From Prevotella sp. (GTDB taxonomy: Bacteria; Bacteroidota; Bacteroidia; Bacteroidales; Bacteroidaceae): a DNA stretch of 64,000 bases. How positions within the stretch are numbered: position 1 is the first letter of the stretch; each line of letters starts with the position of its first letter. The notes under the pieces are model-generated. The model was not told the origin of the DNA and searched no databases. It saw only the letters and a program-made list of their open reading frames with translations. The translations under genes were made by a program, and so were the position numbers. Positions 16,362 to 24,782 of the stretch are shown one piece after another. Location: positions 19,363-83,362 of the forward strand of contig JAFUDJ010000021.1 in NCBI GenBank assembly GCA_017459445.1, read 5' to 3'.

Positions 16362-17117
16362 GTGAAAAGAAGAAGGATATACAGTCAATATCATGATAGG
16401 AGGAAGGACGGGGACAGGACGACGGTGCTGGTTCCGTTCGACGAGACGCTGCCGCCGGAGCGTCGCAGGGAGGTGGTGCTGGCGCTGTCGGACTTGGCAA
16501 CGCGGGTGGCTACTTACATCATCTGCCGCGTCATCGTGGATAGCCAGGAGCTGTTGCTGGACGAGCGGCTGCAGACGGCACATGCCATCTTGCAGCGGGT
16601 GACGACGACTCACCTGTGTAACCATAAGCTGACGGCTGAAGGGCTGACCCTTGAGTTTGAGGGGCAGCAGTTTCAGCTGCACGAAGAGTATAAGACGATG
16701 GCGCTGACGCGTACCGTCTACGAGCATCTGGCCATGTTCTACTTCCTTTATGAGCATCCGAAGACGGAGGAGGAACGCCAGCAGGTGTGGGACGACTGGC
16801 AGCACGACGTGCAGAAGATACCCTACAGTCAGGCGTGGCGCTACCTGTTTCGCAACCGGGACATGGCCCGGATGTACCACCACCTGAGCGTACACTGCCA
16901 CCCCGTCTGCGAGGGATTGCTGCAATACCAGAGCCAGTCGGATGCCGATGAGGGTGATGACTGCATCCCGCTGCACCTCTCCAGCTGTTTTCTGGCATGC
17001 CTGTGCTGCCTGTTTCTGCGGCAGATGCCACAGGGCGACGAGCTCGTCAGGCAGAAGTTCAGCCGCAGCGAGCTGTCACCCTTCTTTGCCTTGGCGCGTC
17101 TGCCCAAGGAAGGGTAG
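16362..17117 (+). CDS. hypothetical protein, DUF5677/HEPN-like motifs
   Basis: Long ORF with host-like codon usage; LTRTVYE and YHHLSVHCHP motifs. Start codon uncertain. Confidence 0.55.
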   Translation: MKRRRIYSQYHDRRKDGDRTTVLVPFDETLPPERRREVVLALSDLATRVATYIICRVIVDSQELLLDERLQTAHAILQRVTTTHLCNHKLTAEGLTLEFEGQQFQLHEEYKTMALTRTVYEHLAMFYFLYEHPKTEEERQQVWDDWQHDVQKIPYSQAWRYLFRNRDMARMYHHLSVHCHPVCEGLLQYQSQSDADEGDDCIPLHLSSCFLACLCCLFLRQMPQGDELVRQKFSRSELSPFFALARLPKEG

Positions 17118-17131
17118 GGGGGAGGAATGGC

Positions 17132-17986
17132 TTAGTCGATGAAGCGGCGCGTCAGGTCCTGATAGCTCTCGATGCGGCGGTCGCGCAGGAAAGGCCACCA
17201 GCGGCGCACCTGTTCGGAGCGTTGCATGTCGACATCCACTACGGCCGTCTCTTCCTCTTCTGCCGATGCCTCGTAGAGCAGTTCGCCCTGCGGGCCGGCC
17301 ACAAACGAGGTGCCCCAGAAGGGAACGCCGTCTTCACAACCCACACGGTTCACCGTCACGACGGGCAGCCCGTTGGCTACGGCATGGCCGCGCTGCACCG
17401 TCTGCCATGCCATGCGCTGGCGCTGCTGTTCGTCGTCGGTGTCGTTAGGGTCGTAGCCGATGGCGGTGGGATAGATGAGCAGCTGCGCCCCCGCCAGTGC
17501 CATCAGGCGGGCAGCCTCAGGATACCACTGGTCCCAGCAGACCAATACGCCCAGTCGTCCTATCGAAGTGTCGATGGGACGGAAACCCAGGTCGCCCGGC
17601 GTAAAGTAGAACTTCTCGTAGTAGCCCGGGTCGTCGGGGATGTGCATCTTGCGGTACGTGCCGGCAATGGTGCCGTCTTTCTCCAGCACCACGGCGGTGT
17701 TGTGGTACAGCCCCGTGGCGCGGCGCTCGAACAGCGACGTCACGATGACCACCTGTAGCGCTCTGGCCAGCTCGCCGTAGAACTCCGTCGAAGGGCCGGG
17801 TATGGGCTCGGCCTGGTCGAAAGTGTTGACATCCTCCGTCTGGCAGAAGTACAGCCCGTTGTGCAGCTCCTGTAGTACGATGAGCTCGGCCCCCTCGTGT
17901 GCCACGCTCTTTATCTTCTCGGCCAGTCGCCGGCGGTTGTCGTCGCGGTCGGCCGTGTTGTGTTGTTGTATGATTCCTATCTTCAT
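17132..17986 (-). CDS. aguB: carbon-nitrogen hydrolase, N-carbamoylputrescine amidase-like
   Basis: LQELHNGLYFCQ, YRKMHIPDDPGYYEKFYFTPGD, VCWDQWYPEAAR and WWPFLRDRR. Confidence 0.88.
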   Translation of the reverse strand: MKIGIIQQHNTADRDDNRRRLAEKIKSVAHEGAELIVLQELHNGLYFCQTEDVNTFDQAEPIPGPSTEFYGELARALQVVIVTSLFERRATGLYHNTAVVLEKDGTIAGTYRKMHIPDDPGYYEKFYFTPGDLGFRPIDTSIGRLGVLVCWDQWYPEAARLMALAGAQLLIYPTAIGYDPNDTDDEQQRQRMAWQTVQRGHAVANGLPVVTVNRVGCEDGVPFWGTSFVAGPQGELLYEASAEEEETAVVDVDMQRSEQVRRWWPFLRDRRIESYQDLTRRFID

Positions 17987-17994
17987 TGCGCCTA

Positions 17995-18164
17995 CAAAGG
18001 TAGTGCAAACCGAGCGAAAAGCCAAAAGAAAAGGAATTTTTCTTTTGCTTTTCCGAGGTGCCGCCTACCTTCGACAAAGAGTCAAAGTAGTGCAAACCGA
18101 GCGAAAAGCCAAAAGAAAAGGAATTTTTCTTTTGCTTTTCCGAGGTGCCGCCTACCTTCGACAA
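17995..18164. repeat. tandem duplication (87-bp period) of a REP-like hairpin element
   Basis: gtagtgcaaaccgagcgaaaagccaaaagaaaaggaatttttcttttgcttttccgaggtgccgcctaccttcgacaaa occurs at 18000 and 18087. Confidence 0.9.
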
Positions 18165-18172
18165 ATCACACG

Positions 18173-18712
18173 CTGCCGTCGAGCTATGCGCAGCCGCTCC
18201 CCTCCCTTGTAGGGGAGGGGTTGGGGTGGGGTCAGTAATACAAACAATATATCGTAGTTTTCTCCGTTTTACAAATAAAAAGATATGCATTATCCCACAG
18301 CGAAGGCAAATATAGCTGAACAAAGAGTGTATCGCAAGGCTCTGCGTAATAGCATGACACCAGCAGAGTGTATACTTTGGCATGCACTTAAAGGCCGCGC
18401 TGTTGGCGGCCTGAAATTTCGTCGTCAGCAAGGTATAGGTCCCTTCATTCTTGACTTTTACTGTCCCGGGCATCGACTTGGTATAGAAATAGACGGTGCA
18501 AGCCACGATTACAAGTATGAATACGATGAAGAGCGGACGGCATATCTTCGTCAGCAAGGTATTCGTATTCTTCGCTTCAGCAATCAGCAGGTGTTTTCAT
18601 GTCTGCAGGGAGTCTTGACAGAAATCGTGAGAGTGGCAAATGAGGCTACTGACCCCACCCCTGGCCCCTCCCCTACAAGGGAGGGGAGCGGCTGCGCATA
18701 GCTCGACGGCAG
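18173..18712. mobile_element. DUF559 nuclease cassette bounded by 65/66-bp inverted repeats
   Basis: 18173-18237 and 18647-18712 are near-perfect reverse complements, each containing cccctcccttgtaggggagggg. Confidence 0.7.
18285..18701 (+). CDS. DUF559 / Vsr-like endonuclease domain protein
   Basis: LRNSMTPAECILW, KFRRQQGIGPFILDFYC, IEIDGASH and ILRFSN. Confidence 0.9.
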   Translation: MHYPTAKANIAEQRVYRKALRNSMTPAECILWHALKGRAVGGLKFRRQQGIGPFILDFYCPGHRLGIEIDGASHDYKYEYDEERTAYLRQQGIRILRFSNQQVFSCLQGVLTEIVRVANEATDPTPGPSPTREGSGCA

Positions 18713-18979
18713 GGCGGTTTGCTATTCACTCCCCCTTCGCCCATGAAGTTCCCCTTGTCCATTGGAGAGGGCGGTGTGTGCAACCGTTGCACAGGAATAT
18801 TGGCGGATTTTTTGTAAAAAAGTACGAAAAGCTTTGGCGGTTCAGAATTTTTGCTTACCTTTGCACCGACCTATGGGGTTTACGCAAGGTGGCCTGGCGA
18901 GGCACAGCAGCCCTATATATAATAAGGTTCGCGTAAAAAAGAAACAACAACAATAATAACTTTCAAAAAATTAAAGCGT

Positions 18980-20383
18980 ATGAAAAAATTAATTACTTTA
19001 CTCCTCGTTCTTACGGGGGCAGTGTGTTCGGCGAGTGCAACGACACTTCACATTGGCCTTGAAGTTAACTATACAGGCAATGTGTATGTGCATTATTATG
19101 GAGGTTCTGGTGAAACTTCATGGGGCAGTGAACCTTCTGCAACTTATGATGGAATTCAGTATGGTCGTCGTTGGTATCATCTCAATATTGGTGACAACAC
19201 ATCTGCAATCGTTCGACTGAAAGATAATAATTGGAATGACCGTGGCCGTGAAGTAACGGGTATTTCTGGAGATAATTGTTATATTTATGTGTCTTCAACA
19301 GATACTAATGAATGGATAGATGGCCAAAAAGTATGGAATACGGGCAAATTAGAGAGTAAAGGCTGGCAGACAATGAAATTCTCTAATAACGTTGATGGTA
19401 AATGGGATGATGAAGCATATGAGTGTACCAAGGTAGATGACAATACGTTTACGTACACATTAACGAAAGCCCAAATAGACGAAGTCAAAACCATAGATAA
19501 CATAGATAACATTTATTTTAGATTTAAGTTGGCCAATGGAGTATTTTTTGTTGGTGATTCTTATTGGACTGACCATTATTTCCGTATTGGCTCTAATGAC
19601 GATAGCAACGGAAATGTTTCAATTAATGTTGCCGGTAATATAACGAATAACTCTTATACAACGGACCAACAGAAGAACTGGTATGTAGGAGTTCCTTCAT
19701 ATGATTACGAAAAACTTGTCTTTACAATTCAAGATGTTACATCAGGCTCTACTTTTGGTAATTCAACTTGGAAGGTTTCAGTCGACGCTTACATTTCCAA
19801 GGAAATCACCTCCAGAGGAATTGCGACTTTCGGTTCTGCCGCTCCTGTTGACTTCTCTAAGGCCATTCCCGCAACGGAGGGTAAGAAATTTACGGCCAAG
19901 AAGGGTAAGGTGCTGAGTAACGGAACTATTGCATGGACCGCTGCCACGACGCTTGCTGCTAACGAAGGTGCTTTCCTTGAGGGCGACGCTGATACTTATA
20001 GCATTCCCGTTGCAGCCAGTGCTTCTGCCGATACGGAAAACAACGACTTCGTAGCTATTACCGAAGAAAAGCAGATTGCCCAGACGGTGGGCGACAAGAA
20101 TGCTTATATTCTTTCGGAAAAAGATGGTGTGGTAGGCTTCTACAAGCCTGCTTCTGACGGTGGTAGCTGGTGTGCCGCAGGTACAGCTTATCTTGCAACA
20201 AACGTTTCTCCGGCACGCGCCCGTGAGTTCTTCCCCCTCTGGGACGAGGATGTCACGGCTGTTGAGGCTGTGAAGCAGGAGCAGAAGGTGAACGGTGAGT
20301 TCTTTAATCTCGCTGGCCAGCGTGTTGCTCAGCCCACGAAGGGTCTGTATATCGTGAATGGTAAAAAGGTTGTTTTGAAATAA
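18980..20383 (+). CDS. secreted protein with a Prevotella-type T9SS C-terminal domain
   Basis: Signal peptide; C-terminal FNLAGQRVAQPTKGLYIVNGKKVVLK. Promoter TTTG at 18833 and TACCTTTG at 18856. Confidence 0.8.
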   Translation: MKKLITLLLVLTGAVCSASATTLHIGLEVNYTGNVYVHYYGGSGETSWGSEPSATYDGIQYGRRWYHLNIGDNTSAIVRLKDNNWNDRGREVTGISGDNCYIYVSSTDTNEWIDGQKVWNTGKLESKGWQTMKFSNNVDGKWDDEAYECTKVDDNTFTYTLTKAQIDEVKTIDNIDNIYFRFKLANGVFFVGDSYWTDHYFRIGSNDDSNGNVSINVAGNITNNSYTTDQQKNWYVGVPSYDYEKLVFTIQDVTSGSTFGNSTWKVSVDAYISKEITSRGIATFGSAAPVDFSKAIPATEGKKFTAKKGKVLSNGTIAWTAATTLAANEGAFLEGDADTYSIPVAASASADTENNDFVAITEEKQIAQTVGDKNAYILSEKDGVVGFYKPASDGGSWCAAGTAYLATNVSPARAREFFPLWDEDVTAVEAVKQEQKVNGEFFNLAGQRVAQPTKGLYIVNGKKVVLK

Positions 20384-20403
20384 TAAGTAAGGAGGACAAA
20401 GAT

Positions 20404-20571
20404 ATGAAAAAGAATTATATTGCACCCAGCGTCAACGTCTACGAGATTGCACTTGCCAGCATGCTGGCAGCTTCGACCAACAGCATCAGCAGTGAGGAAG
20501 CAGCGCAAGGTTCTGCAGACAGCCCCGTCAACTTCGGTCGCGGCGGTATCTTCGACGACAGCGAAGAATAA
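20404..20571 (+). CDS. 55-aa MKKxYxxP peptide (below the ORF-track cutoff)
   Basis: MKKNYIAPSVNVYEIALASMLAASTNSISSEEAAQGSADSPVNFGRGGIFDDSEE; aggagg upstream; similar to the ORF at 35755. Confidence 0.75.
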   Translation: MKKNYIAPSVNVYEIALASMLAASTNSISSEEAAQGSADSPVNFGRGGIFDDSEE

Positions 20572-20631
20572 GACTATGAGATAATGCCTTGGAGCCTGAC
20601 GGCAGGCTCCTGACTACAGGCAGCATTTTGC

Positions 20632-20672
20632 GCAAAGGGCGGTGAATCCATGCAGGGTTCACCGCTCTTTGT
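20632..20672 (+). terminator. stem-loop after the 18980-20571 unit
   Basis: gcaaagggcggtgaatcc-atgca-gggttcaccgctctttgt. Confidence 0.65.
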
Positions 20673-20673
20673 G

Positions 20674-20743
20674 TAGTGTCGTGTCGTTGCCAAATCATAG
20701 TGTCGTATCGTTGCCAAATCATAGTAGCGTGTCGTTGTAAAAT
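20674..20743. repeat. 3 x 24-bp tandem repeat
   Basis: tagtgtcgtgtcgttgccaaatca at 20674, 20698 and 20722 (the last is degenerate). Confidence 0.85.
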
Positions 20744-20770
20744 TTGCTGATGAGAAATTTTTCTGAGATA

Positions 20771-21175
20771 TAACTACATAACTACATGAGGCTTGTAACT
20801 TATTGATTAATAGATGGATAGGCTGTGTAGTTAAACTACACGAAACTACATGAAACTACACAAATTGGGCGAAAATGTGTGGAAAATGCTTTAAAAATCG
20901 TTGCAATTTACTGATATTCAATTTGTTTTTTGAATATTTGAAACGAAAAAATAATTTGTTTTTACGGGAAAAACAAGTTGTTTTTCCTATGAAAACAACA
21001 TGTTTGGGGCTTTCTAAAATTGTCGATGTAACTTGTAGGGGCGAACGGACGAGAGGGTAGAAAGGAGCTTTTTTGGCCATTTTGTGTAGTTTCATGTAGT
21101 TTCATGTAGTTAAACTACATGGTGTAAGTTGTTGAATGACAGTTGGATAGGTCGTGCTGTGTAGTTATGTAGTTA
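20771..21175. repeat. non-coding element with about 95-bp inverted arms rich in AACTACA/TGTAGTT
   Basis: Arms at 20771-20864 and 21081-21175 match in reverse complement at both ends. Confidence 0.8.
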
Positions 21176-21333
21176 TTTTTGCGATTTTTCTCTGAGGAAT
21201 GAATTTTGTTTGGAACGATGTAAATTTGTGATGTTTTCGTGAATTTTAGACTGAAAATGTTGCGGTTTCGAGTTTTTTTGCCTAATTTTGCAGGCGAATT
21301 ATAAGAACTGTTATAACAAATAATTAATTCAAT

Positions 21334-24300
21334 ATGAAGAAAATTACGCTATTATTATGCTGCACCTTGATGGCCTTGACGTCCATGGAGGCACAAACCA
21401 TTCTCGAAGAGGACTTCGAGACGGGTGCGACCGCATCGCAAGCTACGCCGCTGACCCGTGGCGAAGGCTGGACGACGGTCAATTCGTATTCCGGTTCGAA
21501 CTATCGCTACAACTGGTTCAATGAGTACCGTGACCCCAATTCCCAGGCGGGAGCCACCATCAGCGGTGCCGGCTGTGCCGGCTGCGACGGCCCCATCAAT
21601 GTGAATCCCGTTGACGGCAGCGGCCCGCGCGAGGAAATCCTGCTCTCGCCGGAGCTGGACCTGAACGACACCTACCAGTTGCAGTTCTCGTGGATTGTCA
21701 GTCCTATGAACGCCCAGGACAATTCGCGCTACGACCTGCAGGTCCGTGTGGTGACGGATGGCAATCTGGCTGCTGCCGAGACGGTGTTCTCCATCCAGAA
21801 CGAGCAGATGCTGCGCGAGAGCGGCGTCACCGTGTTCCCCATCGACACGTGGGACCTGCACACTTCCAAGGTTGACCTGAGCGACTGGAAGGGCGAGAAG
21901 GTGAAGCTGGCCTTCGTCTACAAGATGTTCACCACCAGTTCCAACATTGCCTGGATTGACGACATCTCGGTGAAGAAGTTCACGCCGGCCACCGGTCCTG
22001 TGGCCACGGTATCGCTCGACCGCTACGACTTCAAGGAAGTCTACGTCGGCGAGAAGCTCTATTCAGAAGTGTTCACGCTGACCAACACCGGCAAGGACGG
22101 CCTGCGCATCACGGGTGTTGACTTCCCGCAGGGCGTCAGCATCAACATCAATACCGAGAATGTCAACCTGCGTGCCTACGACCACGTCGACTTCCAGCTG
22201 GCTTACGAGGCCTCGATGACCTCTCCCGCCAGTGGCGACGCCATCCTCCATACAACGGGCGGCGACGTGAAGATAGCCTTCACGGCCATGAAGCAGCTCG
22301 TTCCCGAGGACTGCATGCTCGAGACCTTCAACGGCTACTTCCCGCCTGCCGGCTGGCGGAACAGCGGCTGGAGCTGGACCGACGTAGCCATCGAGGGCGA
22401 CCACAGCGTCTATTGCGGCGGTGATTTCTCCAACAACTACCTGCGCTCCCCGCGCCTCGACCTGAGCGACGGCGGCACGTTGCGCTTCACCTATTATAAT
22501 CAGTATGACGGCGAGTATGCTCCCGAATACGACATTGAGGTACAGGTGAGCTACGACAACGGAGAGACATGGACCCCCAAGTGGACCAGCGACTACGTGA
22601 ACGGGCTGAACCAGCTGCTGACTGCCGAGGTAGACCTTGGCGTGGGCAGCGACGAGAGCTACGTGCGCTTCTTCTATCCCGCCGTCGAGTCTGACGACGA
22701 GGGTGCCTACGACCACTCCAGCTTCACGCTCGACCGCGTGGTGCTGCCTCATGTCTATGGTGCCGACGGCGTCCCCGGCAATGTCACCCTCGTCAAGCCG
22801 GCGAACAACGCCCAGGAAGTCTATCCGAAGGATGTCGTGCTGGAGTGGGGCCCCGCCCAGTTTGCCGACGGCTACAAGCTCTATGTCGGTACCAACAGCG
22901 CTGCCAACGACCTGATTGACGGTCTTGACGTCGGCAACGCCCTGACCTATACCATTCCCGTCTGCGCCTATGAGACGACCTACCGCTGGAAGGTAGTAGG
23001 ATACAACGAGGCAGGCAGCGCTGCCGCCCCCAGCACCTGGCGCTTCACCACCCAGCCGGACGCCTCCGTCATGGAGTTCCCCTGGACGGAGGACTTCGAC
23101 GCCTGCACCAGTGCCAACCCCGTGCCTACGGGATGGCTCACCACCACCACCGAGCAGTGGGAGAACCGCAGCTGGCAGCCCAACACCATCTTCGGCTATG
23201 GCGGCAAGGGTGCCTGCATGGCTACCGGATGGATGTACGCCGGCAACTACTCTACGCTGACATCGCCCGAGTTCCACCTGCCCGCCGAGGGACAGAGCAT
23301 GAGCATCTCCTTCGTCTGGGGCGACGAGCATCCGCGCAGCCTCATCATCGACGAGACCGGCCTGCTGAAGAAGCAGAACGTGGAGGGTGGCAACGGCTAC
23401 AGCGACGTCGTCTTCGAGATTTACAGCGACGGCGCGTGGAAGCAGCTGTCGTACCTGTCGGAGAACTTCAACGAGGACGGCGAGACCAAGTACTGGCGCA
23501 ACGAGCAGATTGACCTCACCGAATATGCCGGCAAGAACGTACAGTTCCGCTGGATTAACCACAGCTATAGCGGCCGCCACAACGCTGCCTCGCTCGACAA
23601 TGTGGTCATCAACGGATACCTGCCCGACAATGCCACGTTCAACAAGGACGGCTGGGAGGCCGGCAAGGTGAACCACGGCAAGGCCGTCAACTCCGGCGAC
23701 CAGTTCACGCTGCTCAACCGTGGCAAGAACGACCTGCAGGTGAAGGCCGTCACCTTCAAGACCGAGAACTTCCAGAGCTCGCTCATGGCCGGCCAGAGCA
23801 TCAAGACCGGCGAGGGCGTGACGTTCAACGTGCAGTTCAATGCCAACGACTCAGAGGGCCTCATCAGTGACCTGATGACCGTTGAGTTCGAGGGCGGCGC
23901 AACGGCTACCTTCCCCGTCAGCGGCGAGGCCCTGCCTGCCAACGTGCTTTTCTACGGCTTCGAGCGGAACCCGCTGGATTACGTCTGGAGCGAAGACTTC
24001 ACCACCAAGGACGTGGACGGTCAGGTGAACTATCAGTCGAACTACTACCTGACCATCCTTGAGAACGACGGCGGGCGCTATGCCTTCACCTTGGCAGAGC
24101 ATAACAACCCCAACCTGCTGGCACACACCGGCAAGTTCACCCTGGCCGCTGCTGCTCCTGACAACAACTCTGCAGCCGACGACTGGCTTATCTCGAAGCA
24201 GATTGTGCCGACGGAAGAGACCGTCTTCGACTTCTATGCCCGCAACCTTTCGACAACGGGCTCTGTATTCGTAGGCGACAACGACCTGCACAGCGTCTCC

Positions 24301-24705
24301 GTGCTGGTCAGCGAGGCTGGCAACACCGACACGAAGGACTTCACCGTGGTGATACCCTCGACGGAAATGCCGTACCTGGGTGAGAATGAGTGGAACCACT
24401 TCTCGGCAAACCTCTCGGCATACGCCGGAAAGCCCATCTACGTCGCTGTGCGCCACACCACCGTCAATGCCAACTGGCTGGCCTTCTTCGACGACTTCAC
24501 CTTCAGCAACCTGCAGACAGGCAGCCCTGACGGCATCGAAGCCCTGAGAGCCAACCTGTCCGACAACACACCGGTGACCGTCTACAACGCCAACGGCGTC
24601 GTGGTGGCCAAGGGCGGTGCCGCCCAGGCTCTGCAGAACCTGGAGAAAGGACTTTATGTCGTGAAGACCGCCGACGGACAGTCCGTCAAGGCCGTATGTA
24701 AGTAA
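21334..24705 (+). CDS. large secreted protein with cleaved-adhesin/choice-of-anchor J-like and Ig-like domains, T9SS CTD
   Basis: Signal peptide; repeated EDF..., L.SP.LDL, DLS..G..V...F and DD+ modules; C-terminal VYNANGVVV...KGLYVVK. Confidence 0.8.
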   Translation: MKKITLLLCCTLMALTSMEAQTILEEDFETGATASQATPLTRGEGWTTVNSYSGSNYRYNWFNEYRDPNSQAGATISGAGCAGCDGPINVNPVDGSGPREEILLSPELDLNDTYQLQFSWIVSPMNAQDNSRYDLQVRVVTDGNLAAAETVFSIQNEQMLRESGVTVFPIDTWDLHTSKVDLSDWKGEKVKLAFVYKMFTTSSNIAWIDDISVKKFTPATGPVATVSLDRYDFKEVYVGEKLYSEVFTLTNTGKDGLRITGVDFPQGVSININTENVNLRAYDHVDFQLAYEASMTSPASGDAILHTTGGDVKIAFTAMKQLVPEDCMLETFNGYFPPAGWRNSGWSWTDVAIEGDHSVYCGGDFSNNYLRSPRLDLSDGGTLRFTYYNQYDGEYAPEYDIEVQVSYDNGETWTPKWTSDYVNGLNQLLTAEVDLGVGSDESYVRFFYPAVESDDEGAYDHSSFTLDRVVLPHVYGADGVPGNVTLVKPANNAQEVYPKDVVLEWGPAQFADGYKLYVGTNSAANDLIDGLDVGNALTYTIPVCAYETTYRWKVVGYNEAGSAAAPSTWRFTTQPDASVMEFPWTEDFDACTSANPVPTGWLTTTTEQWENRSWQPNTIFGYGGKGACMATGWMYAGNYSTLTSPEFHLPAEGQSMSISFVWGDEHPRSLIIDETGLLKKQNVEGGNGYSDVVFEIYSDGAWKQLSYLSENFNEDGETKYWRNEQIDLTEYAGKNVQFRWINHSYSGRHNAASLDNVVINGYLPDNATFNKDGWEAGKVNHGKAVNSGDQFTLLNRGKNDLQVKAVTFKTENFQSSLMAGQSIKTGEGVTFNVQFNANDSEGLISDLMTVEFEGGATATFPVSGEALPANVLFYGFERNPLDYVWSEDFTTKDVDGQVNYQSNYYLTILENDGGRYAFTLAEHNNPNLLAHTGKFTLAAAAPDNNSAADDWLISKQIVPTEETVFDFYARNLSTTGSVFVGDNDLHSVSVLVSEAGNTDTKDFTVVIPSTEMPYLGENEWNHFSANLSAYAGKPIYVAVRHTTVNANWLAFFDDFTFSNLQTGSPDGIEALRANLSDNTPVTVYNANGVVVAKGGAAQALQNLEKGLYVVKTADGQSVKAVCK

Positions 24706-24782
24706 ATAGAACCTGTCAATGGGGTAATGAGTGCATGCCGCGTGTGCTGCGCCATTACCCCCTTTACTTTTTGTATAACACT

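Noticed and set aside
17995-18164. 87-bp duplication as a CRISPR array
   Set aside because: Only two units, identical over their whole length, with no unique spacer.
17517-18557. 346-aa minus-strand ORF spanning the repeats
   Set aside because: It is stitched from repeat sequence, overlaps aguB out of frame and lies antisense to DUF559.
20404-20571. Lasso peptide gene cluster
   Set aside because: The YxxP motif is present, but there is no cyclase, B-protein or transporter nearby. Kept only as an orphan peptide family.
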